Source of the DNA: Gemmatimonadota bacterium
GTDB taxonomy: Bacteria; 4572-55; J002
Direction of reading: 5' to 3'
Length of the DNA: 53,206 nt
Assembly: GCA_003697105.1 (NCBI GenBank)
Contig: RFFQ01000185.1
Span: 1-53,206 of the forward strand
A model generated the notes under the pieces. That model saw nothing but the letters and a program-made list of their open reading frames with translations. It searched no databases and had not been told where the DNA came from. The position numbers and the translations under genes are program-made. This document shows positions 29,470 to 38,097 of this stretch, in pieces. Every line of letters begins with the position of its first letter. Within the stretch, counting starts at the first letter, position 1.

Positions 29470-30117
29470 TTAAATCTTTTTTCTGAACTCCATTAGTATT
29501 TCTCGATTCCGGCGTTTGGGATGAGATGTGGTTGGAATCTCTTGATGATGCAAGGCTAATCCGGTAGCTTCAAACTCAGTGATCACCTGATGGGGGTTTA
29601 CTCCATAGGGGGGACCTCCTTCTGCCAACGGCTTATCCAGCGGGAAGAAAAGCCCTAAAAAGGTACCGCCGGGCTTGAGCATTGTTACCATTTTCTGGAC
29701 GTATTCTGGACGTCGATGGGGGTCAATGGCACAGTAACAGGTATATTCCAGAATTAAGTCATAGCGTGCCTGATGCATTTCTGGCAGTTCAAAAATATCA
29801 GCTTGGAGCGCTTCCAATGTCACACCTTGTTCCGCTGCCATGCGGGCTAGGCTCTCAATGGGTTCGGGAGCAAAGTCAACTGCTGTAACGTGATAACCCG
29901 CTTTGGCAAATGCAATGGCATCATGCCCGTAGCCACAACCGGGGATCAACACCCGGCAACCGTTCCCATTTTGATCCGGTTTGCAGGGCAGTTTATCCTG
30001 TGCGATCAGGGCGGTAAACACCGGTGTGGCATGCTTCATATCCCAACCCGCGGTGCCTTCCTGATACCGTTTTGACCAGTACTTGGGGGAATTGATGTTA
30101 TGGTGATTGTGACTCAT
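29470..30117 (-). CDS. TPMT-family (thiopurine/thiol/halide) SAM-dependent methyltransferase
   Basis: YWSKRY...GWD, VLIPGCGYGHD, EYTCYCAIDP..R..Y, GGPPYG. Confidence 0.88.
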   Translation of the reverse strand: MSHNHHNINSPKYWSKRYQEGTAGWDMKHATPVFTALIAQDKLPCKPDQNGNGCRVLIPGCGYGHDAIAFAKAGYHVTAVDFAPEPIESLARMAAEQGVTLEALQADIFELPEMHQARYDLILEYTCYCAIDPHRRPEYVQKMVTMLKPGGTFLGLFFPLDKPLAEGGPPYGVNPHQVITEFEATGLALHHQEIPTTSHPKRRNREILMEFRKKI

Positions 30118-30121
30118 AAGG

Positions 30122-30661
30122 CTATGGCTTTGAAGTATCTGTTTCGATCAGTTTTAAGGCTTCGGAATTGATGCAATAACGTAATCCGGTGGGTGGCGGT
30201 CCATCCTTAAAGACATGACCCAGGTGCCCGCCACATCTACTACAAACCACTTCGGTCCGGGGACCATAAAACCCTACCGGATCGAGCCGCTCTTCAATTG
30301 ATTTTCCATCCACGGGTTGGTAGAAACTGGGCCACCCGCACCCGGAATTGTATTTAGTTTCGGATTGAAACAGCGGTTGCCCGCATCCAGCGCAGACATA
30401 AATGCCGGGGGTTTTGGTGTTCCAGTATTTGCCGGTAAAGGCACGTTCCGTACCTTTTTCTCGCAGGATGTAATATTGTTTTGGAGTGAGTTCTGCCTTC
30501 CATTCGGCATCGGTCTTTTGGATTTTATCATTCATGATCGAATTCCTCTCAACTGGGGGTGTCGAAGGAACGGTGGTCTGTTGGTGGACGGATTTTTGGC
30601 TACAACTGCTGGCCAGTATCATGAGAATCAGCAGAGAGAATTGCCAATATCTGGATAACAT
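30122..30661 (-). CDS. msrB: Peptide-methionine (R)-S-oxide reductase MsrB with lipoprotein-type signal peptide
   Basis: [20 protein letters not shown] zinc pairs, GCGWPSF, HLGHVF.DGP, RYCINS; N-terminal hydrophobic stretch ending ASSC. Confidence 0.95.
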   Translation of the reverse strand: MLSRYWQFSLLILMILASSCSQKSVHQQTTVPSTPPVERNSIMNDKIQKTDAEWKAELTPKQYYILREKGTERAFTGKYWNTKTPGIYVCAGCGQPLFQSETKYNSGCGWPSFYQPVDGKSIEERLDPVGFYGPRTEVVCSRCGGHLGHVFKDGPPPTGLRYCINSEALKLIETDTSKP

Positions 30662-30815
30662 GGGTACCTCCCGGTGAAACGGTGTGAACATTGGGTGAGT
30701 TGTATACCGGTTTAGCATCTTTATCTCGTGATTTTATCACGAAACATCGCGATTTTGATAAATATGGTGCCAACGGTTGGGTTCACATCCTAAATTGACC
30801 CCGGACGATGCCCGT

Positions 30816-31622
30816 TTAGTTCAAACTTTCGATAAATTCATGGGATAATATATAGATTCCTGCCACCAACACAAACCAACCGAACGCCACTTTGAGTTTA
30901 CGTTCCGAGATAAAACGAGCCAAATAGCTGCCCGTTACGACGCCAATTATGGCGAGTAGGGTAAAACTGAAAAGAAAAAACCAATCAATGGGCATCCGGT
31001 TGAGTAAGTCGCCGCTGAATCCAATCATGGCGTTGATGGTAATGATCATCAATGAGGTGCCCACTGCCACGAGCATGGGTAACCGGACTAACATCACCAA
31101 CGATGGGACGATCAAAAACCCCCCTCCTGCCCCCACCAGACCGGTCAATGTACCAACCCCGAATCCTTGCAACCAAATCTGGAGATAGATCAGAGGATGT
31201 TGTTTGATAGGTGTCTGGTGCTCTGTTCGGCCGCGAATCATGGACACCGCTGCCAAAATCATTAACAAGGCAAACAGGATCAAAATGGCGACATCTTTGG
31301 TCAATGTGACGTCGCCCATCTGGCAAATTGGATCGGGCAGTGCCGGTAAGATGAATCGTCGAGCGGTAAATACGCCCACCTGCGCGGGCACGGCGAAGAC
31401 AAGCCCTGCAGAAAGATTTACCAATCCTTGGCGGAAATACTCAATTGCTCCGATTAAGCTAGTTGTTCCCACGATAAAGAGCGAGTATGCGGTTGCAGTG
31501 ACCGGTGATATATCGAGTATATAAACTAAAATGGGAACGGTTAATATAGACCCCCCACCACCGGTCAAGCCCAATGTTAGCCCAACCAGAATTGCCCCTG
31601 CATATCCAAAGAACTTTAGCAC
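30816..31622 (-). CDS. TauE/SafE (DUF81) sulfite exporter family protein
   Basis: GLTGGGGSILTVP, ATAYSLFIVG, second repeat GLVGAGGGFLIVP, AVGTSL; GTG start after GAGG. Confidence 0.92.
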   Translation of the reverse strand: MLKFFGYAGAILVGLTLGLTGGGGSILTVPILVYILDISPVTATAYSLFIVGTTSLIGAIEYFRQGLVNLSAGLVFAVPAQVGVFTARRFILPALPDPICQMGDVTLTKDVAILILFALLMILAAVSMIRGRTEHQTPIKQHPLIYLQIWLQGFGVGTLTGLVGAGGGFLIVPSLVMLVRLPMLVAVGTSLMIITINAMIGFSGDLLNRMPIDWFFLFSFTLLAIIGVVTGSYLARFISERKLKVAFGWFVLVAGIYILSHEFIESLN

Positions 31623-31665
31623 CGGGACGCCTCTTAAATATATAGAAATATATATGTTTGGGGTA

Positions 31666-31694
31666 AGAATAAAATAGAATGCGGCAAAAGGCAA
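31666..31694 (-). promoter_or_regulatory. Putative sigma70 promoter of tauE
   Basis: Minus strand TTGCCT-17 bp-TATTCT, directly upstream of the AT-rich palindrome at 31636-31657. Confidence 0.55.
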
Positions 31695-31701
31695 GTCTTT
31701 T

Positions 31702-32331
31702 TTAGGGGATTAACTCCGCCGGAATAGTGACCCGGACCACGCCGCGAAAGTCATTGGGTTGGTAACCGGTGGCTTTATCTTCCGGGTAGTAGTCGGTGAG
31801 CAATTGCTGTACTTTGGGGGGGATTGTTGTTTCTGTGCCATGGCAGTGCATACACAACCCCTCTATTTTCAGGGGTTTGTAGTAGTTATAACGAGGGTGA
31901 AGGCTATCCCCAATAGTTTGCAGATAATATTCGGGCGGGGTAAATTGATGCTGAAAGGTATCTTCAAAAAATTCAAGTGCTTCGATTTCTGCCGGGGAGG
32001 GTGCGTTATCTGGGTTGCGATATTTTAAAGAGGTACGCTTGATTTTCACACCGGAGGGGAGACTATCCTCTGCCGCTAGGGTGATTGCCAGGGCATTATC
32101 GGAGCAAAACTCAAAACCCGCTACGGGACCCTGTTCCTTGATGACACGCAACCGTTGGCGGCGTAGATTCCGCAAAAAGACCATCGCGTATTTTTCGCCG
32201 ATCTCTGCAATGGTGGCTTCCCGTTCGGCGTGTTGTTGAAGACGGTGCTCCTTCAGTAAGTATAGCGTTATTGCCGAACCAAGTACCATCATGCCTAGAA
32301 TGACGAGGGTGATGAGTGCAATCCGGATCAT
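31702..32331 (-). CDS. DUF3365 (Tll0287-like) c-type heme protein
   Basis: N-terminal TM, FC..A, KRTSLKYRNPDNAP, heme-binding CMHCHG, YPEDKATGY..DFRG. Confidence 0.88.
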   Translation of the reverse strand: MIRIALITLVILGMMVLGSAITLYLLKEHRLQQHAEREATIAEIGEKYAMVFLRNLRRQRLRVIKEQGPVAGFEFCSDNALAITLAAEDSLPSGVKIKRTSLKYRNPDNAPSPAEIEALEFFEDTFQHQFTPPEYYLQTIGDSLHPRYNYYKPLKIEGLCMHCHGTETTIPPKVQQLLTDYYPEDKATGYQPNDFRGVVRVTIPAELIP

Positions 32332-32735
32332 AAGCTCAACTGATGAATCATGTGAGTGATATGTGCCTTGGCGTTCAGCATATTAGTATAAACGCCAACA
32401 ATTTTTTGATTGGGATCGATCCGGTAGGTGATGCGCGCGGTGAGGTTGGTCAACGGGATATTTGCCCTGTAGAGTTTGGCAACCCGTCCATCGACATCAG
32501 AAAGGAGTTGGATGCTATCACGGCTGATACCAAAAACCAGAATGTCCCGATCATCGAACACGTGAAAATTATCCTGAAAAGCACAGGCTTCTTTCGTGCA
32601 ATCGGGGTTAAAATATTTAGGGTAAAAATACAGAATACCACTCTTGTTTTTCAGATGTACACTCAGGGTAAATATCTCACCGCTGGTGGAGGGTAAGGAA
32701 AAATCCGGGGCGGTGGTGCCGATGGGGAGTGCCAT
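32328..32735 (-). CDS. BCP/PrxQ-type peroxiredoxin, apparently degenerate (in-frame deletion, altered active-site motif)
   Basis: APDFSL, LYFYPK...CTKEAC, RITY..D; lacks the usual helix between SRDS and LLSD. Confidence 0.75.
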   Translation of the reverse strand: MALPIGTTAPDFSLPSTSGEIFTLSVHLKNKSGILYFYPKYFNPDCTKEACAFQDNFHVFDDRDILVFGISRDSIQLLSDVDGRVAKLYRANIPLTNLTARITYRIDPNQKIVGVYTNMLNAKAHITHMIHQLSL

Positions 32736-33473
32736 TTACTCTGCCTCCCCTGGATGGCAGCAATCGGCTTTTTTATCCATCGGAACATGTGTCTCATGCG
32801 CCATTTTGGGGCTGAGGTAGGGAATTCCGAGTGACATGCCCCGCAAGATGAAAAGTAATCCCAGTGTGACCATCATTACCGGTACAAACCGCAGTAATCC
32901 CCGCCGGAACGTGGTATGTACTAAACTCCCTGCTAATGATACCGCGAGCATCACCGGAAATGTCCCTGCTCCAAACAAGACCATCGCGATCATGCCGTCG
33001 ATCATATCACCGGTGGACATGGCAACTGCCAATCCGGCATAGACTAAGCCGCATGGTAAAAATCCATTTAAAAAGCCGATGGTCAATAATGATTCGTAAT
33101 TGTGAACCCCAAATAAAGAACGGAAAAAGGCTTTAACACACTGTACAGGTTCACGGGTAGCAAAGGAAGGTATCACATACGTGGCGTAACGTGTGGGCAA
33201 AAAGGCGGCAAGTAACATAAGCACACCCAGTACAATCGAAAGTCCTTGTTGAAATCCGGCGAGGGAAATTGCCTGCCCCAACAAGCCGAATACCGCACCC
33301 AAAATTGCATAAGAGACAATCCGCCCGCTGTTGTAAAGCACTCGTCCGGTAAGGTGGGTCAATTTAGAAGCATTTTTAGCCGAAGGGAGCGCCAGCGCAA
33401 TGGGTCCGCACATGCCAATGCAATGTAAACTGCCAAACAATCCCACTAAAAACGCCGTGTAAAACAGTTCCAT
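32736..33473 (-). CDS. DsbD_2 / UreH-like (sulfite exporter TauE/SafE-related) membrane protein
   Basis: GSLHCIGMCGP, YNSGRI.SY, NGFLPCGLVY, FGAGTFP; C-terminal His/Cys tail (DCCH). Confidence 0.88.
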   Translation of the reverse strand: MELFYTAFLVGLFGSLHCIGMCGPIALALPSAKNASKLTHLTGRVLYNSGRIVSYAILGAVFGLLGQAISLAGFQQGLSIVLGVLMLLAAFLPTRYATYVIPSFATREPVQCVKAFFRSLFGVHNYESLLTIGFLNGFLPCGLVYAGLAVAMSTGDMIDGMIAMVLFGAGTFPVMLAVSLAGSLVHTTFRRGLLRFVPVMMVTLGLLFILRGMSLGIPYLSPKMAHETHVPMDKKADCCHPGEAE

Positions 33474-33478
33474 GAGGG

Positions 33479-33781
33479 TTAGCAACTACACTTTTCAATG
33501 CAATGGATGATTTGACTAACTCGATTATGCTTGAGGAAATAGTAGGTATTTTTTCCTTCCCGTTTGGAATTTAAGACCCCCCGGTCCTTGAGGATGCGCA
33601 GGTGATGCGATGCCACAGCTTGTTCAATATCTAGTTCTTCAAAAATTTCAGTGACGGTGAGCTGGCGATCATCCTTTAAAAGATCGACAATGGACATCCG
33701 TATGGGGTGGGCGATGGCTTTGAGCATGTTGGCGGCTTGTTCCAACTGCTCATAATCAAGGCGATTGTATAGTGTATCCAT
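33479..33781 (-). CDS. ArsR/SmtB family transcriptional repressor with C-terminal CxxxCxC
   Basis: LKAIAHPIR, LTVTEI..QAVASHHLRILK..G, KREGKNTYY; ends HCIEKCSC. Confidence 0.92.
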   Translation of the reverse strand: MDTLYNRLDYEQLEQAANMLKAIAHPIRMSIVDLLKDDRQLTVTEIFEELDIEQAVASHHLRILKDRGVLNSKREGKNTYYFLKHNRVSQIIHCIEKCSC

Positions 33782-33992
33782 AGAAGTTACCAAAAATATA
33801 AATATATAGATATTAACTTTTGCCAAAAGTAACTTATCTTTGCCCTAAAAGCAAGATGTTTTTTTGTGAATTTGAACCGGTTCAAAAGGATATGGACTGT
33901 TCAATATATGCAAATATCTACTTTTTGTCCATCAAAAATATCGGCGGGTGGTGGATAGTGCGGGTGACAGATGGTATAAATCTAAAAAGGGA

Positions 33993-36284
33993 TCATGTTT
34001 TGGCAAATTTAGTGGCTAACTCATTGTCAATCACATAGATACAAACTTCTTTAGCTCCCTGTTCTGTGTAGGCATATTTGGTACAAAAATTTTCAATAAG
34101 GTAACTCACGTCATCGCGGATACGCTTATCGTGGGCTTTAAACGCATCGGTATTGTAGTCTTTAATCGCTTGCCGGAAATTCTCATTGTCAAGGAACGGA
34201 TCCAGCGCTTTTTCTTTCAGATTGTAAACGTAGCGATCATATAAAGATTGGAATAGCGCGGTTTCGTTTATCGATTTACCTTCGGTCATGATTTCCTGAG
34301 TTAAGGTCTGGGTGGTGTACTCTTTTTGGGTTGTTTGGCGGAACGATTGGCGGGTTTCCCGGCTGACATTTGCTCCGAGCAAGCGGTTTTCGATGCTTTC
34401 CAGAAAGGATTCCGTAATTTCCAGTTTTTCGCCGGTATAAATGCATGTTTCGGTGGCGCCGATTTCAAAATTAGTCGCAAATATGTAATTTTGAATATCT
34501 TTGGCGATACGATCCTCGTTATAGTAATAGAGTGATTCCTTGACTTCTTGCAAAACGGCGTAGTCATACATCCGGACCAGCGAATCTAGGAAGCCTTCTG
34601 GGATGAGCGCACTGAGGTCTTTGCGGGTTTTGGTGAAAAAGTCGTACAACGCAGACATATTGATCAGGCGGTCTTCACGGGCATAAGTGGAGTAAAATTG
34701 GTTAAAAATCTTGATAGAATCTCTTCCTGATAAGCCGCTCTTACCTTCGGTTTCGGATTCTGTGATCACACTGCGCCGGCGTTTCGCCGTGAACCGGTTA
34801 CGGTCTTCTTCGGTTAGCCAACCGGGGATATGGCCGGTAAAGATTTCCATTTTCAGCAAAAGCAGGTTTTCATCACAATAGAGGCGATATTTTTTGGGGT
34901 CACCAATCCATTCGATCAGGGCATCGGAATGCTTATTAAGGCGCGTGGCGATGATGACCCGGGCGAAGTTGTGTAACACACGTGGTAAGAAATTTCGGTC
35001 GATGTATTTCCCAAAAATATTGCGGTAGATTTCCACTTCCGTGTTTAGATCAAGCACATAATTGATATTGATGTACTCGATCCGGTCAGAAAATGACTGG
35101 AAATCTTCAATTGTTTTTTTGTCTTCGGGATTCATCAAGGCGATAAAGAGTGAAGTCACATTTTCTTCAATTTCACCGACTTTGTGGACACCTTCGCTGA
35201 TGATGTTGTGCAATTCGAGCAGGCGGTCCACATTGTGTGATTTTACATCCATCAGGGCATAGATGCCGTTGTTGGTCTTAGCGTAGCGAGAATAAATATA
35301 TTTTACCTGATTGCTGTCCCGAAAAAGCGTATTGATCTGGTTTTGAAGCATGGGGTTGGTATGAATGTGTTCCTTACTGGGTTTATCACCCGGATTGAAC
35401 ACACTAATTCCCTCACCTAATCGCCGGTTGTGCATGTAAGGACGGACATAAATTGCCTCAAAAACCTTTTGGGGACTTTTGAGTTTATTCAAAAGCGAGT
35501 GATACAGCGAGGTGCAGATAGTGCATGCGTTATCCCGGAAGACCCAGTTATACTCTTTATCGGTAAATAGATGAAACTTAAATTCGTTATTTTCCAATAG
35601 ATGATCGAAAAAACCTCGTCGGAGTTCTTTCGGGATCATTAGTAGCGGGTGGTCATGGGAAGGACATGGAATTTCAATGTAATATTCTGACATAAATGAT
35701 CCTGCCATGGGCGGCATGATGTCATTAGAGGACATGGGATCGGCACTGAAATCTGTGAGTTGCTGTGCCAAAGGTTTTCGATCGGCTTCAGTGAAACGGT
35801 TTACCATCTGGCGGTCGATTCGCCAGACGGTTTCGTAGCGTATTCCGGCATCTGTGCGAGTATATTCCTCAAATTTCCGTAATAAGTTGTTGAGAAATGT
35901 ACTCTTACCGCACCCGTAAGGTCCTTCAAAAATATAAAGTTTATTTTGTTGCGCGCCCCGTTTAAGGGCATCCACATGGTTGACAAGCCGGTTTGCAAAA
36001 AGCCGGTCTGCAAAAAACGGATTATCAGACCCTTCCACAAAGAGCCGGTTGCAATCATAAAAGACAAAATGAATCGATTCGGGGTCGTTAGGATACTCAT
36101 CAACACCTTCGGAGAGATACGTCTTGATCATGTCGTGGAAAACCTGAAACACATTACGGATGGTGGCTTGCGGTTTTTCCAACAAAATCTTTAGAAAATC
36201 CTGAAACGAGATCGGGAAACGCTGCCCTCGTTCATTCACACTCTGATCAAGGTATTGAATAGCATTGTTGATATGGTCGCTCAT
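33993..36284 (-). CDS. PrkA/YeaG-family AAA+ protein, divergent paralog
   Basis: Walker A GPYGCGKS, CPSHDHPL, EGKSGLSGR, C-terminal KYAYTEQGAKEVC.YV. Confidence 0.8.
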   Translation of the reverse strand: MSDHINNAIQYLDQSVNERGQRFPISFQDFLKILLEKPQATIRNVFQVFHDMIKTYLSEGVDEYPNDPESIHFVFYDCNRLFVEGSDNPFFADRLFANRLVNHVDALKRGAQQNKLYIFEGPYGCGKSTFLNNLLRKFEEYTRTDAGIRYETVWRIDRQMVNRFTEADRKPLAQQLTDFSADPMSSNDIMPPMAGSFMSEYYIEIPCPSHDHPLLMIPKELRRGFFDHLLENNEFKFHLFTDKEYNWVFRDNACTICTSLYHSLLNKLKSPQKVFEAIYVRPYMHNRRLGEGISVFNPGDKPSKEHIHTNPMLQNQINTLFRDSNQVKYIYSRYAKTNNGIYALMDVKSHNVDRLLELHNIISEGVHKVGEIEENVTSLFIALMNPEDKKTIEDFQSFSDRIEYININYVLDLNTEVEIYRNIFGKYIDRNFLPRVLHNFARVIIATRLNKHSDALIEWIGDPKKYRLYCDENLLLLKMEIFTGHIPGWLTEEDRNRFTAKRRRSVITESETEGKSGLSGRDSIKIFNQFYSTYAREDRLINMSALYDFFTKTRKDLSALIPEGFLDSLVRMYDYAVLQEVKESLYYYNEDRIAKDIQNYIFATNFEIGATETCIYTGEKLEITESFLESIENRLLGANVSRETRQSFRQTTQKEYTTQTLTQEIMTEGKSINETALFQSLYDRYVYNLKEKALDPFLDNENFRQAIKDYNTDAFKAHDKRIRDDVSYLIENFCTKYAYTEQGAKEVCIYVIDNELATKFAKT

Positions 36285-36298
36285 GAAAATCGTTTTAA

Positions 36299-36467
36299 TT
36301 TAGGGTTTAGGGATTAGGGATCAGGATTTAGGGATTCGGATTTAGGGATTAGGGATCAGGATTTTAGAATTTAGGGATTAGGGTTTAGGGGTTCATGTAA
36401 TTCCCAAACTCCCGAACTCATCAAACTCCCCAACTCCCGAACTCGTAAAACTCCCGAACTCCCGAAC
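36299..36467. repeat. Two adjacent short tandem repeat tracts: (T/A)TTAGGG-type heptamers (36299-36391) and AACTCCCG-type octamers (36399-36467)
   Basis: About 13 degenerate TTTAGGG/ATTAGGG/ATCAGGA units followed by about 8 AACTCCCG-like units, filling the spoVR-prkA spacer. Confidence 0.9.
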
Positions 36468-38081
36468 TCACTTGAGTATCCGGCGTCCTAACCGGCGGTC
36501 ATGCATAGTGTACAGTACGTGTTCCCATTGGATTTGGGGTTCTTCATCGTCATCGGAGTCGGAGATAGAAGCTACTTCATGGGTTTCTAACTGGACAGGT
36601 CCTCCCCACAAGAATTCGACCCCGATCATCGTGTTTTTGATAAATTCCGTGACCAGAGGTTTTCCTTCAAAATGATGGATCAGATAGAGGGTTTCTTCAT
36701 CACCTTTTTCGGGATCGACTTCGATGAATGGGGGGTGATAAAGTGAATTTAGCAACATTCGTTTGTAATCTTCGGCATTCCGGCTCTGGACGTAATATTC
36801 CCATACCATACGGTCTTCGTTCAAGCGTCGTCCTGCCACGAACAGGTTGTTTTGAGTTACGAAATCTTGGTCCACAAAGGTATCAATAAAAGTATCATCG
36901 CAGAAGGATTCACGCACTTTGAAGATGAATTTCCGTCCTTCATGGGTGTGTTGGTTATAGTGTTCACGTTCGTAGCGGTCGGTCAATTTTAGATAATCCC
37001 AGGAGCGTTTGCCGCGATTGACATAATCCTCGATGTAATAAAAGAGGCGCAATCCCAAGGCATACGGATTCAGACCGACTCGAGGTAAAGCCGTTACCCC
37101 TGCGTTGATACGGGCAAAATCGACTTCGTGCCCGCGAATCCGATCATCCTGCATAAATAACGTTTCATGCCAATAACTTGCCCAACCTTCATTCATAATT
37201 TTGGTACGAATTTGGGGTTGGAAGAAGATCGACGTTTTACGGACAATCTCCATCACGGATTTCATCCACAGGTTGTCTTCTTTGTTTAAAAATTCAGAAT
37301 GATCCATCAGATATTGGAAGATATCTGTCTTGCGCTGGGGCTTTTCTTGCAAATGTTTTTTAAAAAGGGCTTCAAATTCAGGATATTTTTTATCAACCTC
37401 CGTGAAGAAGGTCTGCACACCCAAGTTATCGTGGGCACTTGTTACTTGATTATAGCGATTGATTTCCTCCAGATACTCGCTGATTTTCACCTGCTTGATG
37501 TCCTGCAGAAACCGGTCAAAATAAAAATCAAGGCGTTGGGTATAGCGGGTTTTGTGCGGGCGGTCTGTACGGGAAAGTTCCGTAAAAAACCCCACCAGAT
37601 TATCCAGCCCGCGCGAAAATTCGATCACATAATCGACCCAACGTCCTTTTTCGGAGCGTAATTTGGCAATAAGCCGTTTATCGGAAAGGGCTCTTCCGGT
37701 AAAATCATAATCCCAGGTGTGGCTAAAAAAGAGGTTATTCTGGAAGAAGTCAATGTGTCCTAACACGTGGTAAAAGATCATCACATTGAGCCAATCGGGG
37801 TTATTATCATTATAAAACGAGATTGCCGGGCGGGTGTTAATCACCGTTTCGTAAGGGTTATGGGGGTACAACTCATACTTCCCTTTTTCTCGCAGGACTT
37901 CTACATCATGTACCCAATAGTCGTACAGGGTTGGGATCATATATTTGGGAGAGAGTTCCAGCAAGTCGCGGTTTGTGACGATATACTCCAGACTTTCGTC
38001 CTCAAAGCGCAAGCCGGCATCCCGAGCCCGTTCTTTACACCCTTCCATAATTTTTTTGGTGTGTTGATCGATAAGTTCCAT
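36468..38081 (-). CDS. spoVR: SpoVR/YcgB family protein
   Basis: YETVINTRP, HVLGHIDFFQNN, PQIRTKIMNEGWASYWH, NPYALG. Confidence 0.92.
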   Translation of the reverse strand: MELIDQHTKKIMEGCKERARDAGLRFEDESLEYIVTNRDLLELSPKYMIPTLYDYWVHDVEVLREKGKYELYPHNPYETVINTRPAISFYNDNNPDWLNVMIFYHVLGHIDFFQNNLFFSHTWDYDFTGRALSDKRLIAKLRSEKGRWVDYVIEFSRGLDNLVGFFTELSRTDRPHKTRYTQRLDFYFDRFLQDIKQVKISEYLEEINRYNQVTSAHDNLGVQTFFTEVDKKYPEFEALFKKHLQEKPQRKTDIFQYLMDHSEFLNKEDNLWMKSVMEIVRKTSIFFQPQIRTKIMNEGWASYWHETLFMQDDRIRGHEVDFARINAGVTALPRVGLNPYALGLRLFYYIEDYVNRGKRSWDYLKLTDRYEREHYNQHTHEGRKFIFKVRESFCDDTFIDTFVDQDFVTQNNLFVAGRRLNEDRMVWEYYVQSRNAEDYKRMLLNSLYHPPFIEVDPEKGDEETLYLIHHFEGKPLVTEFIKNTMIGVEFLWGGPVQLETHEVASISDSDDDEEPQIQWEHVLYTMHDRRLGRRILK

Positions 38082-38097
38082 ATTATAACCTTTGGAT

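Noticed and set aside
36299-36467. CRISPR array or eukaryotic telomere contamination
   Set aside because: Units are 7-8 bp with no unique spacers and no cas genes; the tract is degenerate and embedded between two genes of one bacterial operon
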